From Nitrososphaerota archaeon (GTDB lineage: Archaea > Thermoproteota > Nitrososphaeria > Nitrososphaerales > UBA57), in NCBI GenBank assembly GCA_016871995.1, contig VHBL01000006.1:16237-48236 (forward strand): DNA of 32,000 nt, given 5' to 3'. This document shows, in pieces, positions 7,774 to 15,816 of the stretch. Made by a program: the position numbers and the translations under genes. How positions within the stretch are numbered: position 1 is the first letter of the stretch; each line of letters starts with the position of its first letter. A model generated the notes under the pieces. It searched no databases and was not told where the DNA came from. It worked only from the letters and a program-made list of their open reading frames with translations.

Positions 7774-7859
7774 TAACAATTCACAAAAGTAAGGAGTATT
7801 TATCGGTGAATCCAAATAGAAACGGTATTAAGATCGTTGTGTAATGGTTTTGGGTTCTA

Positions 7860-8420
7860 TTGATTCAGCACAAGATTGTCTGCATCACTGGCATGCCAGG
7901 AGCTGGTAAATCTACGGTAGCAAGTATAGCTCAGTCTATAAGCTTTGAGATGATAAACATGGGTGATGCGGTCAGGGAGGAGGCCAGAAGACGGAATCTA
8001 CAACCGTCAGATGCAAATCTAGGCAAGATCATGCTGTCACTGAGGAGAAAATATGGCAAATCTGCAGTTGCAGAACTATGTGCAGAAAAAATCAAGAATT
8101 CAAAAAGCAGTTATTTTGTAGTAGACGGGATAAGAAGCACCTATGAAATTGACGCCTTTAGAAAACTTGGAAATGTTATCCTACTTTCAATACAGGCATC
8201 TCCAGCCACTCGATTCAGTTTTCTGACTTCGCGTAAGAGGAAGGATGCGCCTCTGGATGAGAAGTCTTTTGACTCGAGGGATTCAAGAGAGTTAAAGGTT
8301 GGAATTGGAGAAGCCATTGCCTTAGCAGACTTTGTTATAGTGAACAACGGAGTTACCATTGACGAATTAAAGAGGAAAGCGGAAGATTTCCTACGCCGTG
8401 TCAAAGAGGAAAAACAGTGA
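7860..8420 (+). CDS. P-loop nucleotide kinase-like protein, dephospho-CoA-kinase-like (archaeal UPF0200 family)
   Basis: Walker A motif ITGMPGAGKST, and the overall layout resembles CoaE-like archaeal UPF0200 proteins. TTG start. The stop overlaps the next gene's start (GTGA). Confidence 0.65.
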   Translation: MIQHKIVCITGMPGAGKSTVASIAQSISFEMINMGDAVREEARRRNLQPSDANLGKIMLSLRRKYGKSAVAELCAEKIKNSKSSYFVVDGIRSTYEIDAFRKLGNVILLSIQASPATRFSFLTSRKRKDAPLDEKSFDSRDSRELKVGIGEAIALADFVIVNNGVTIDELKRKAEDFLRRVKEEKQ

Positions 8421-8824
8421 AGAACTTAGATGCAGTGGTTCAGGTAGAGGTTTCCGCACATCTTAACAATTCTGAAAGCCTCGAGAAACTCTCCGCAGCG
8501 ATCGCTAACGTATTTACTGATTATCCAATTAAGCAAAATGAGAATTTTTTATTGGAATCAGACAGTGTTGGGAGTCTTTCAAAACTCTATGATTACATTA
8601 GATCTAAGCAGACAATAGGCGTGGTCCGAAGCAGGTTGTTGAGAAATCTTGCTGGAAATGAAACCTTTCTGCTTTTGAACAGACAAGCAGCTTACGCTGG
8701 GTCTATTGTAATTTGCGATAGCGAGGCAGAATCGCCTTTGGGTGCCATCAAACTCACCCTAAGATCTTCTGCCATTCCGAAAGTTATCGACTGGCTTGCA
8801 CCTCGTCTGGATAGGGAACATTGA
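8417..8824 (+). CDS. UPF0201 / COG1931-type predicted RNA-binding protein
   Basis: Family-like motifs NRQAAYAGSIVI, LGAIKLTL and VIDWLAP. GTG start overlaps the stop of the UPF0200 gene. As I recall, the two families are neighbours in other archaea. Confidence 0.55.
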   Translation: MKNLDAVVQVEVSAHLNNSESLEKLSAAIANVFTDYPIKQNENFLLESDSVGSLSKLYDYIRSKQTIGVVRSRLLRNLAGNETFLLLNRQAAYAGSIVICDSEAESPLGAIKLTLRSSAIPKVIDWLAPRLDREH

Positions 8825-9716
8825 TTCGCATCATGTCATCGGCTGCTATTGTGTCTGGATGAACTTCTCGAGCCTCTTCGACAAGAGAAGAGACGTCTTT
8901 GTACCTTGAGCTGAAATGTGTCAAAACGAGTTTCTTGACCTGTGCCTTCTTTGCGAGTTGTGCAGCTTCCCTCGCAGTCGAATGGTATCTTTCAATGGCA
9001 AGTTCTGAATGTTTTTCGCTGAAGGTAGAATCGAATATGAGCAAATCTGCTCCTCTAAAGAATTTTACAAGCTTCTCTGTTGGTCTTGTATCGCCAGATA
9101 TCCCTATCTTCCTGCTAGGCCTCTGATGACCCATTACGTCGCTCGGCTTGAATGTTTTTCCTTTGATCTTGATTTTTTTGCCGTGCTGAAGTATACCCCA
9201 TCTTTCCTTCGGAATGCCAAGTTTGACCGCCTTTTCTGGGTAGAAGACACCACCTCTGGGAAACTCTTCCAGCAAATATGCATAATTTATTGTGGTATGC
9301 ATTCCTTGGCAAGCTTTGATAGCATATTCGTCCGTCCTGACGATAATCCCCGCTTTTACTTCCTTGACAATCAGCTCATAAGTAAGGCCGAAACCCAGAA
9401 TCTCCCTGTTTCTCTTCACGAATTCGACTATGCCTTTGGGTCCAAAGACACGCACGGGTCTGCTTCTGTCGTACATTGCCATGCTCTGTAGAATTCCCAG
9501 CAACCCTATTGAATGGTCACCATGCATGTGGGTTACGAATATCTTTGTCTCCCTGTTCACGCCAACTTTGGCATTAAGCAAGTTCCTCTGGGCACCTTCC
9601 CCAGCATCGAAAACCATGAGTTCTGGACCCCTTCTAATCGCTATGCAGCTCAACCCCCGTTCCTTGGTGGGAACTGCAGAGGATGTCCCCAGAAACACGA
9701 TAGTGAGATCAACCAT
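8784..9716 (-). CDS. rnz: Ribonuclease Z (tRNA 3' endonuclease)
   Basis: Metallo-beta-lactamase motif HMHGDHSIGL, N-terminal FLGTSSAVPT, C-terminal LTHFSSRY, 310 aa. Confidence 0.9.
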   Translation of the reverse strand: MVDLTIVFLGTSSAVPTKERGLSCIAIRRGPELMVFDAGEGAQRNLLNAKVGVNRETKIFVTHMHGDHSIGLLGILQSMAMYDRSRPVRVFGPKGIVEFVKRNREILGFGLTYELIVKEVKAGIIVRTDEYAIKACQGMHTTINYAYLLEEFPRGGVFYPEKAVKLGIPKERWGILQHGKKIKIKGKTFKPSDVMGHQRPSRKIGISGDTRPTEKLVKFFRGADLLIFDSTFSEKHSELAIERYHSTAREAAQLAKKAQVKKLVLTHFSSRYKDVSSLVEEAREVHPDTIAADDMMRINVPYPDEVQASR

Positions 9717-9725
9717 ATTCTAAAA

Positions 9726-10766
9726 TCACGAACTATGTTGGTATTCCGCAATTACCCTTGTAAGACTCCTATGCACCCTTATCTTATGGTTAGCGATCAT
9801 GCTGAAACCTTCTACAGAGAATTTCATGGGTTCAGGATAAACTAATACCATGCGCTTACCTGGTTCTAAAATATCTACAGCGCTCTTGAAGAAATCCTCT
9901 AACATTTCTCGGCTGCTATTGCCCGTGAACGCGGAAGTCTTGCCATAAGGAATGTCTGTTGCTATCCCACTAACACTGTGTAATGGAAGGTTTCGTGCAT
10001 CGGCCTGAACTACTGTGTAAGTCGGTAATCCTAAAGCTTTCAAGTTCAGCAGGGATCCTCTACAGAGTTCGTCAAAAATGTCTATTCCTACGGCATCAAC
10101 TCCCATCAGTGTAGCTTCCGTGACAATGGTACCAGAGCCGCAGAAGGGATCAAGAAATGTTTCGCCTCCTCTGGCTTTAGTTAGATTGACCAAGCACCTT
10201 GCAAATTTAGGAAACAGAGCCGCTGCATAGAAAAACGGTCGTGTTTTTGGCCTCCTTCTTTCCCAATGCTGCTTGACCTTTTCTGCTAGAGAATAACCAA
10301 GATGTGCAATGCCATCCCTGATCGCAGCAACAAAAGTTGCGTCAGGACTTTTCATCGAAACCCTCAGTCTTGGATGATTTTGCTTGATTATTGCAGATAT
10401 CTTCCTTTCTACTAAGACCGATGAAATGATGTTAGCAAGGTCGTAGCAGTCGATGCGGAACGTTTGGATATTCTCCACGATGCTAGATAGGTCAACGCTC
10501 TGAAGTTTTTGCAGGTTATCCAGTTTGGCACTACCTAAATTTTTGCAGCCTGCCAAAACATAAGACCCCCTATCCAGAACTTCCTTTATGTTCTCTAGTT
10601 TCGTTGCTCGCAATGTTAGAAATCTGTTATTCCCAAACACTGCAGAAAAATCATTGCCGTAAGTTTCGAGCAAGGCATAAAGCTCAGAATGTGCCAGTGT
10701 TCCTCCATCTCCAGAAAAGACAAAGAAATATTCATCCTCAGGCCCCAGATTATTATAAATTATCAA
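9726..10766 (-). CDS. trm11: tRNA (guanine(10)-N2)-methyltransferase, Trm11/TrmG10 family (THUMP plus class I MTase)
   Basis: SAM-binding motif LDPFCGSGTI and catalytic DIPYG. The N-terminal ~170 aa are THUMP-like. Start overlaps the prs stop by 4 nt. Confidence 0.8.
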   Translation of the reverse strand: MIIYNNLGPEDEYFFVFSGDGGTLAHSELYALLETYGNDFSAVFGNNRFLTLRATKLENIKEVLDRGSYVLAGCKNLGSAKLDNLQKLQSVDLSSIVENIQTFRIDCYDLANIISSVLVERKISAIIKQNHPRLRVSMKSPDATFVAAIRDGIAHLGYSLAEKVKQHWERRRPKTRPFFYAAALFPKFARCLVNLTKARGGETFLDPFCGSGTIVTEATLMGVDAVGIDIFDELCRGSLLNLKALGLPTYTVVQADARNLPLHSVSGIATDIPYGKTSAFTGNSSREMLEDFFKSAVDILEPGKRMVLVYPEPMKFSVEGFSMIANHKIRVHRSLTRVIAEYQHSS

Positions 10767-11665
10767 CTGCTTTCAAGGCTTTTGTAGTGTTCCGCTATCA
10801 TCGGGGCAACATCTATTTTACTTGCTGGGCTGGGAACCGAATTCGTTGCTATCACTTCTTCTACACCTGAAGCCAAGATTTCTTGCATTGCATTACCCAA
10901 TAATAGCGCATGGGTACACAAAGTAATGATTCTTCCTGCACCGTTTTTCTTCAGAAACCTAGTTGCTCTTTGTATGCTTGTGCCTGTACTTATCATGTCA
11001 TCGACAATGATCAAATCCCTGCCCTCCAATGGAGGTATGCTGTCCTCTATTGTAACCTCACCAGTAACCCTGTCACGAACCTTCTTCAACGAAATACTTT
11101 CAAGATTGAGCAGCTTTGCAAATGCCTGAACCCTGTTCTGTCCTCCATAGTCTGGAGAAAGTGCCAATGGGTTTGAAAACTCGAAGTTCTTCCTGACATG
11201 CTCTGCAAGAAGTGGAATGGCTGAAGCGCTGTAGGCTGGAAATGTGAAATATCCTAAACCTCTGGTGCTGTGTATGTCGATCGTCAAAAGAGACTTTATG
11301 CCTGCCGAGCGCAATAAATGCGATAAAACGCCAAGACTGATTACTTCGCCTTTCTGGAACTCTCTGTCCTGCCTTGCATAGGCCAAGTATGGAATGAATG
11401 CGTAGACTTCTGCTCCCTCTTCACTTAGTTTGTGGCACAAAAGGAAGAGCTGCATAAGATGGGAATCAGCAGGATAATATGTGCTTTGTACAACGATCAC
11501 CTTCTTATTTCTCACGTCCGTAAGAAGGCGGACTTTGTTCTCCCCATCTGGGAAGACTTTGTACTCAAGACTGACGGTTTCCGTATTTAGAGCCTTGGCC
11601 ATCTTTTCACCCAGCTCGGGAGAGGCTGGTCCCGGGGCTACTAGCCAATTGCTCATCGCAGACAA
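10763..11665 (-). CDS. prs: Ribose-phosphate pyrophosphokinase (PRPP synthetase)
   Basis: PYLAYARQD and the PRPP-binding loop IIVDDMISTGTSI. The true start may be the ATG at 11654-11656 (MSNW...) rather than the TTG at 11665. Confidence 0.9.
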   Translation of the reverse strand: MSAMSNWLVAPGPASPELGEKMAKALNTETVSLEYKVFPDGENKVRLLTDVRNKKVIVVQSTYYPADSHLMQLFLLCHKLSEEGAEVYAFIPYLAYARQDREFQKGEVISLGVLSHLLRSAGIKSLLTIDIHSTRGLGYFTFPAYSASAIPLLAEHVRKNFEFSNPLALSPDYGGQNRVQAFAKLLNLESISLKKVRDRVTGEVTIEDSIPPLEGRDLIIVDDMISTGTSIQRATRFLKKNGAGRIITLCTHALLLGNAMQEILASGVEEVIATNSVPSPASKIDVAPMIAEHYKSLESS

Positions 11666-11806
11666 GAGAAGGGCGTTTGGAGCCCTTAATAACCCATATC
11701 CTAAAAATTTTTATGCATAGGATGCCGTAGTACTGGACTAATTTTTGGTTGTTGCAGGATTTTCTGCAGTTTCTTGAACTAATTCTGTCTTTACACGTGC
11801 AATAAA

Positions 11807-13132
11807 TCAGAAGTTTTCTAGCAGGTCTCCGCCTTCGTTCTTGAAGAGTTCATTTATTGTTTCGCCCTTCCGTATAAGTTGAATTTCCCCATTCATCCTG
11901 CGCATCAGAATTGGAGGTTTGGTCTGGCAGTGAAATGGCATATTGAAGACTATAGAATACGCCCCAATATTCTTGAAGACCACAAGTTTATCCTTTTCAG
12001 CACCAGCAAGATTGGACGCAGGCGAAGTTGGGAAGATGTCATATGTGTCGCAGAGCCTTCCTGCAAGATTTAGTTTCATCTCTTCAACCTTGTCAGACTT
12101 TGGAATCACTTCTTGGGGATACATCTGGTGCAATAAAGCAGCATCAAGGAGTAAATGATACCCTGCATCTACAATAATAAACTTCTGCCCTCCGTAGACC
12201 TTTGTATTTACAATCTTTGAAATTAATATTGCGGCTTCAGCAGCAAGATACCTCCCACTCTCGATGAAGAGTGTGAATCTTGAACCAAGAGCCTCACAAA
12301 GCGCATTGAGCCTTCCTGCCACTAGCAGTCCGATCTCCTCTGGCATTGGTACAGGTGTACCATAGAATACTGGAGTTCCTCCCCCGATGTCAAGAACATT
12401 AATCTCAAGGTCAGGGACATCCTTCCGCATTTTAATAACAAATGCTTCAAGCTTGTCCAGTGCATTGATGAAGCAAGTAGGATCCTCGATTTGTGAGCCG
12501 AGGTGGAAATGGAAGCCGTCAAATTTTAGTGATGGAGTAGCAACAATTTTTCTGATCATGTTCGTAGCGCTGTCAGTTGTATTTCCGTTGAACGGGACTC
12601 CAAACTTTCCGTGCCTGTATGAAGCTCTGACTTCTGCTTTTACGCCGACTTCTGGATTAATCCTAATCATCGTGCTTACTTGAATGCCGAGACCATCTGC
12701 AACTTCTATAAGATTGATAAGGCCGTTATAAGAACTTACGACGATTCTCTTGACACCAGATTTGATTACTGTTTCGTACTCTGGTTTCTCCTCCGTTACA
12801 CTAGTATAAATGACATTTTCTGCACCGCCTCCAGTTCTAAGGAAGAATTCCAACTCTCCTATTGATGTCAAATCGAAGATGATGCCTTCTGACTGGAATA
12901 CTTTCATCACTGCAGGATTGAAGTTGGCCTTTATCGAATATGCTACGCGTACTGGGCCGTTGAAGGTACTGTATGCATTCTCAAGCGTTGCTACTTTCTT
13001 TCGTAGTGTATACTCATCGATAATGTATATTGGAGTACCATATTTCTCGACGAGCTGCTGAATTTCCAGTTCTGAAAAAATTGGAATATACGAGTTGATC
13101 CGTGTTAACGGCTGATATGATGTTTCAACCAA
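11807..13132 (-). CDS. PLP-dependent group IV decarboxylase (diaminopimelate/ornithine/arginine decarboxylase family)
   Basis: PLP-lysine motif AYSIKANFNP, the glycine motif LDIGGGTPV, and C-terminal LAGRLCDTYD (the C-x-x-x-D of the family). TTG start. Substrate cannot be assigned from sequence by eye. Confidence 0.8.
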   Translation of the reverse strand: MVETSYQPLTRINSYIPIFSELEIQQLVEKYGTPIYIIDEYTLRKKVATLENAYSTFNGPVRVAYSIKANFNPAVMKVFQSEGIIFDLTSIGELEFFLRTGGGAENVIYTSVTEEKPEYETVIKSGVKRIVVSSYNGLINLIEVADGLGIQVSTMIRINPEVGVKAEVRASYRHGKFGVPFNGNTTDSATNMIRKIVATPSLKFDGFHFHLGSQIEDPTCFINALDKLEAFVIKMRKDVPDLEINVLDIGGGTPVFYGTPVPMPEEIGLLVAGRLNALCEALGSRFTLFIESGRYLAAEAAILISKIVNTKVYGGQKFIIVDAGYHLLLDAALLHQMYPQEVIPKSDKVEEMKLNLAGRLCDTYDIFPTSPASNLAGAEKDKLVVFKNIGAYSIVFNMPFHCQTKPPILMRRMNGEIQLIRKGETINELFKNEGGDLLENF

Positions 13133-13227
13133 TTTTGCTTGGTCATTTGCACTCCCTAGAAATTGCTTAAAAATATTATCCCTCTAGGAAATGAGGGAAG
13201 CCTCATTAAAATTGCTGTTGTATAAAG

Positions 13228-13250
13228 TAAAAAAAAGAAAATAAAAAATA
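13228..13250 (-). terminator. Oligo-T transcription terminator candidate downstream of albA
   Basis: The minus strand reads TATTTTTTATTTTCTTTTTTTT about 30 nt after the albA stop. Archaeal RNAP terminates at T-tracts. Confidence 0.5.
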
Positions 13251-13281
13251 GGCGTATGTAGAGTTAGGTTCGCCTAATTTT

Positions 13282-13605
13282 CTACTTCTTGCCGATGATT
13301 ATTTCGATCGTTGAAACGTTTCTTGCGTCTTGACCCTCTCCAACCCTCTCCGTATCTATCTTGATATCCTTGATCGAATAGCTGTCTGCTCCCAGTCTTT
13401 TCGTAGTTATTTGAGCTACATCGGCCGCTCTTGCTATGGACATTCCTCGAGCCTTAATTACAACTTCTCCCATTTGGGCAAGCTGAATCAATGCAGACAT
13501 TGCGTAGCTCATAACTGGCTTTTTGCCTATATAGATGTGGTTCGGAGGTGAGGTCCTTGGAGGTCTTACCTCGGCTGTATTACTGGTTTCTGATGCTGTT
13601 GACAT
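13282..13605 (-). CDS. albA: DNA/RNA-binding protein Alba
   Basis: NHIYIGKKPVMSYAMSALIQL..GEVVIKARGMSIARAADVAQI...IKIDTE.........VSTIEIII matches the Alba core. ATG start. About 20 aa of Ser/Thr/Pro-rich N-terminal extension. Confidence 0.9.
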   Translation of the reverse strand: MSTASETSNTAEVRPPRTSPPNHIYIGKKPVMSYAMSALIQLAQMGEVVIKARGMSIARAADVAQITTKRLGADSYSIKDIKIDTERVGEGQDARNVSTIEIIIGKK

Positions 13606-13635
13606 GTTTGATCTAAATGAAATAAACTTGGTTCT

Positions 13636-13647
13636 AATTATATAAAG
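13636..13647 (-). promoter_or_regulatory. TATA-box candidate for albA
   Basis: The minus strand reads CTTTATATAATT and ends about 31 nt upstream of the albA ATG, which implies a very short leader. Confidence 0.4.
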
Positions 13648-13712
13648 ATACTGTGATAGGCTTTAGGAAGCGTTATATTGTATTGCTCCGATTGTAATGA
13701 TGGTGCAAATTT

Positions 13713-14132
13713 CTGCCGTCCGAACAATATGATGCTTTACTTCATAGGTTAAGCGACAATCTGAAGAAGGTTACTACCGTTGGTAAGGTTACAAGACTTC
13801 AAGTCCCTAATCCAAGCGTATTCTGGATAGGTAATAAGAGCATATTCAGGAACTTTAGTGAATTCCCCAAGATTCTCCGAAGGGATGCAAACCATCTGTT
13901 GATGTTCCTTGCAAAGGAGCTTGCAACTGCTGCTTCTCAGGATGGTGACAGGGCCATATTTATAGGAAGAAAGGATCCCCAGTCGTTTTCTGTTCTAATC
14001 AACAGGTACATGAAGCGTTTTGTTATTTGTCCTGTGTGTGGCAGCCCCGATACACATCCAGACAAGGAGCACAGAGTCCAGATTTTGATCTGTGAAGCTT
14101 GTGGCGCTAGATCTCCTACTGGGCAAGGTTAA
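13713..14132 (+). CDS. eif2b: Translation initiation factor aIF2 beta subunit (5' boundary uncertain, no canonical start)
   Basis: C-terminal zinc ribbon CPVCGSPDT...CEACGA and central LAKELATAAS. Homology continues upstream of the track ORF (13899) to ...SEQYDALLHRLSDNL... In-frame TGA at 13698-13700. Coordinate 13713 is a CTG chosen provisionally. Confidence 0.8.
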   Translation: MPSEQYDALLHRLSDNLKKVTTVGKVTRLQVPNPSVFWIGNKSIFRNFSEFPKILRRDANHLLMFLAKELATAASQDGDRAIFIGRKDPQSFSVLINRYMKRFVICPVCGSPDTHPDKEHRVQILICEACGARSPTGQG

Positions 14133-14154
14133 TTTTGTGAAAGACGAATTCAGC

Positions 14155-14442
14155 ATGAGGATTATTGCAGGTAGTGAGGCTACCATAGTCAGCGTCTGCG
14201 ATGCCGAATTGTTAGGTACCACTGTAAAAGGTGATGGCCTTGTGATGAATGTTTCGAAGGAATATTATGGAGAGGAACTCGTCGGTGCAAATGATGCCCT
14301 GACGATGATAAAGAAATCGGACGTTGCCAACTTGGCAGGGGAGAGGATTGTAGATTTAGTCGTTAGTCATAATCTGGCTAGCGAAGAAGCGGTGAAATTT
14401 GTGGGCAAGACTGCCTTCCTTCTGATATACAGGTTTACTTAA
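14155..14442 (+). CDS. DUF424 / COG2412 family protein (conserved archaeal, usually next to aIF2-beta)
   Basis: MRIIAGSEATIVSVCDAELLG... is a typical DUF424 N-terminus. ATG at 14155. The track ORF start at 14092 would overlap aIF2-beta and adds non-homologous residues. Confidence 0.6.
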   Translation: MRIIAGSEATIVSVCDAELLGTTVKGDGLVMNVSKEYYGEELVGANDALTMIKKSDVANLAGERIVDLVVSHNLASEEAVKFVGKTAFLLIYRFT

Positions 14443-14462
14443 TCTGCAGAACTGATCAAGTC

Positions 14463-15281
14463 TTGAATTCTGAAGAAAGTACAAATGAGATTGTCATGAA
14501 GAGAGCACTCAGGCAGGTATTCAAGCATGAGAAGGAGAACCGCTTCCTGACTAGAAGATCTGAAGATTTTCAGGTCATTGAAGAGGTCTTTGACAAGCCT
14601 ACATTAATGACTCTCTATTCCATGATGAATTCTGGATTTTTTGCACACCTAAACGGCGTAGTAGGTTCTGGAAAGGAATCGAGGGTGTACTGGGGTGTCA
14701 GTAATGTGGGTAAGGACGTTGCAGTGAAGATTTACCTTATGGTTTCTGCAGACTACAAGAAAAGAACACTCTACATTTCTGGTGATCCTCGATTCAGAAC
14801 TACGAAACGTTGGTCGCATAGATTGGTGGAAATCTGGGCTCAGAAAGAATTTAGAAATCTTAAAACTGCATTTGTAAATAGCGTAAGAGTTCCAAGGCCT
14901 ATTGCCGTCAGAAGAAATATCTTGGTTACAGAGTTCATTGGGGAGAGGGGAAAACCTCCACCATTGCTTGCAGAAAGTGAGGTTACTAAATCTGACTACA
15001 AGAGCATCATTGAAATGATCACAAAGCTGTACAGGAAGGCGAAGTTAGTCCATGCAGACTTGTCGGAGTTTAATATATTCAAGGGAAGAGAGCTCGTTAT
15101 ATTCGATATGGGCTCTTCTGTCGATGTGCGACATCCTATGAGTCGAGAATTCTTGACACGGGATTTAACCAACATTAACCGTTTCTTTTCTAAAAACAGA
15201 ATACCTATAGTCCCGCTGGATGATCTTGTTAAGGAGATTGTTGGAGATGAGCTTTCGTCAATCAATTCGAGTCCCGTCTGA
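14463..15281 (+). CDS. rio1: RIO-type serine/threonine protein kinase Rio1
   Basis: EEVFDKPTLMTL, nucleotide loop GSGKESRVYWG, catalytic HADLSEFN, metal-binding IFDMGSSV. Start is TTG 14463 or ATG 14496. Confidence 0.9.
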   Translation: MNSEESTNEIVMKRALRQVFKHEKENRFLTRRSEDFQVIEEVFDKPTLMTLYSMMNSGFFAHLNGVVGSGKESRVYWGVSNVGKDVAVKIYLMVSADYKKRTLYISGDPRFRTTKRWSHRLVEIWAQKEFRNLKTAFVNSVRVPRPIAVRRNILVTEFIGERGKPPPLLAESEVTKSDYKSIIEMITKLYRKAKLVHADLSEFNIFKGRELVIFDMGSSVDVRHPMSREFLTRDLTNINRFFSKNRIPIVPLDDLVKEIVGDELSSINSSPV

Positions 15282-15816
15282 CAGGCTTGGTGCACTGGTC
15301 GGCAAACAGGGTAAGGTGAGGAAGTGGGTAGAAGAGATTTGCTCAGTAAAATTGGAGATAAACAGCGACTCTGGAGAGGTTAACGTAATTTCAGGTGCAG
15401 ATTTGGAGAAATCTGATCCTTTAAAGGCTGTTCAGATTGTCAATGCGATTGCCAAAGGTTTCTCTCCTGAAAGGTCTGCAAGGCTGCTGAAAGAGGATAA
15501 TTTGCTCGACATTATGGATCTCACTGCCTATGCTGGGAAGTCAAGGAATTCGATCGAACGCATTAAAGGGAGAGTTATTGGGTATCGGGGGAAGGCAAGG
15601 AGAGTAATCGAGGAATTGACAGGAACTTATGTTTCGGTTTATGGACATACCGTCGCTGTGATAGGAACTTCGAACCAGATCAGGCAAATGCAAGAAGCGT
15701 TAGATATGCTAGTTTCGGGAAGCCCCCACAAGGCGGTTTATTCGATGCTACAAAGAAAACGATCTCAAGCAAAGCTTGAAAGGCTAAAACTGTGGGAGGA
15801 GAGCCCGATTGGTTAG
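15247..15816 (+). CDS. KH-domain RNA-binding protein (Dim2/Pno1-like, COG1094)
   Basis: Two KH GxxG loops (LVGKQGKVRKWVEE; VIGYRGKARRVIEE). The likely ATG at 15247 overlaps the rio1 3' end. The Rio1-KH pairing is a conserved archaeal neighbourhood. Confidence 0.8.
   Translation: MSFRQSIRVPSDRLGALVGKQGKVRKWVEEICSVKLEINSDSGEVNVISGADLEKSDPLKAVQIVNAIAKGFSPERSARLLKEDNLLDIMDLTAYAGKSRNSIERIKGRVIGYRGKARRVIEELTGTYVSVYGHTVAVIGTSNQIRQMQEALDMLVSGSPHKAVYSMLQRKRSQAKLERLKLWEESPIG

Noticed and set aside
13190-13207. Perfect 7-bp hairpin AATGAGG-GAAG-CCTCATT, and a nearby CCTAG...CTAGG inverted repeat, between albA and the decarboxylase gene.
   Set aside because: It is real in the sequence, but it is short and sits in AT-rich promoter DNA. 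It lies downstream of the albA T-tract and upstream of the next TATA-like box, and no function can be argued beyond chance or a possible operator. It is not strong enough to call as a feature.
13697-13732. Tandem ATG-ATG as the simple start of aIF2-beta.
   Set aside because: It is in a different frame from the aIF2-beta coding frame and terminates after 11 codons (TGA 13730-13732). It can only serve as the start if there is a frameshift or sequence error, which is reported as a finding instead.
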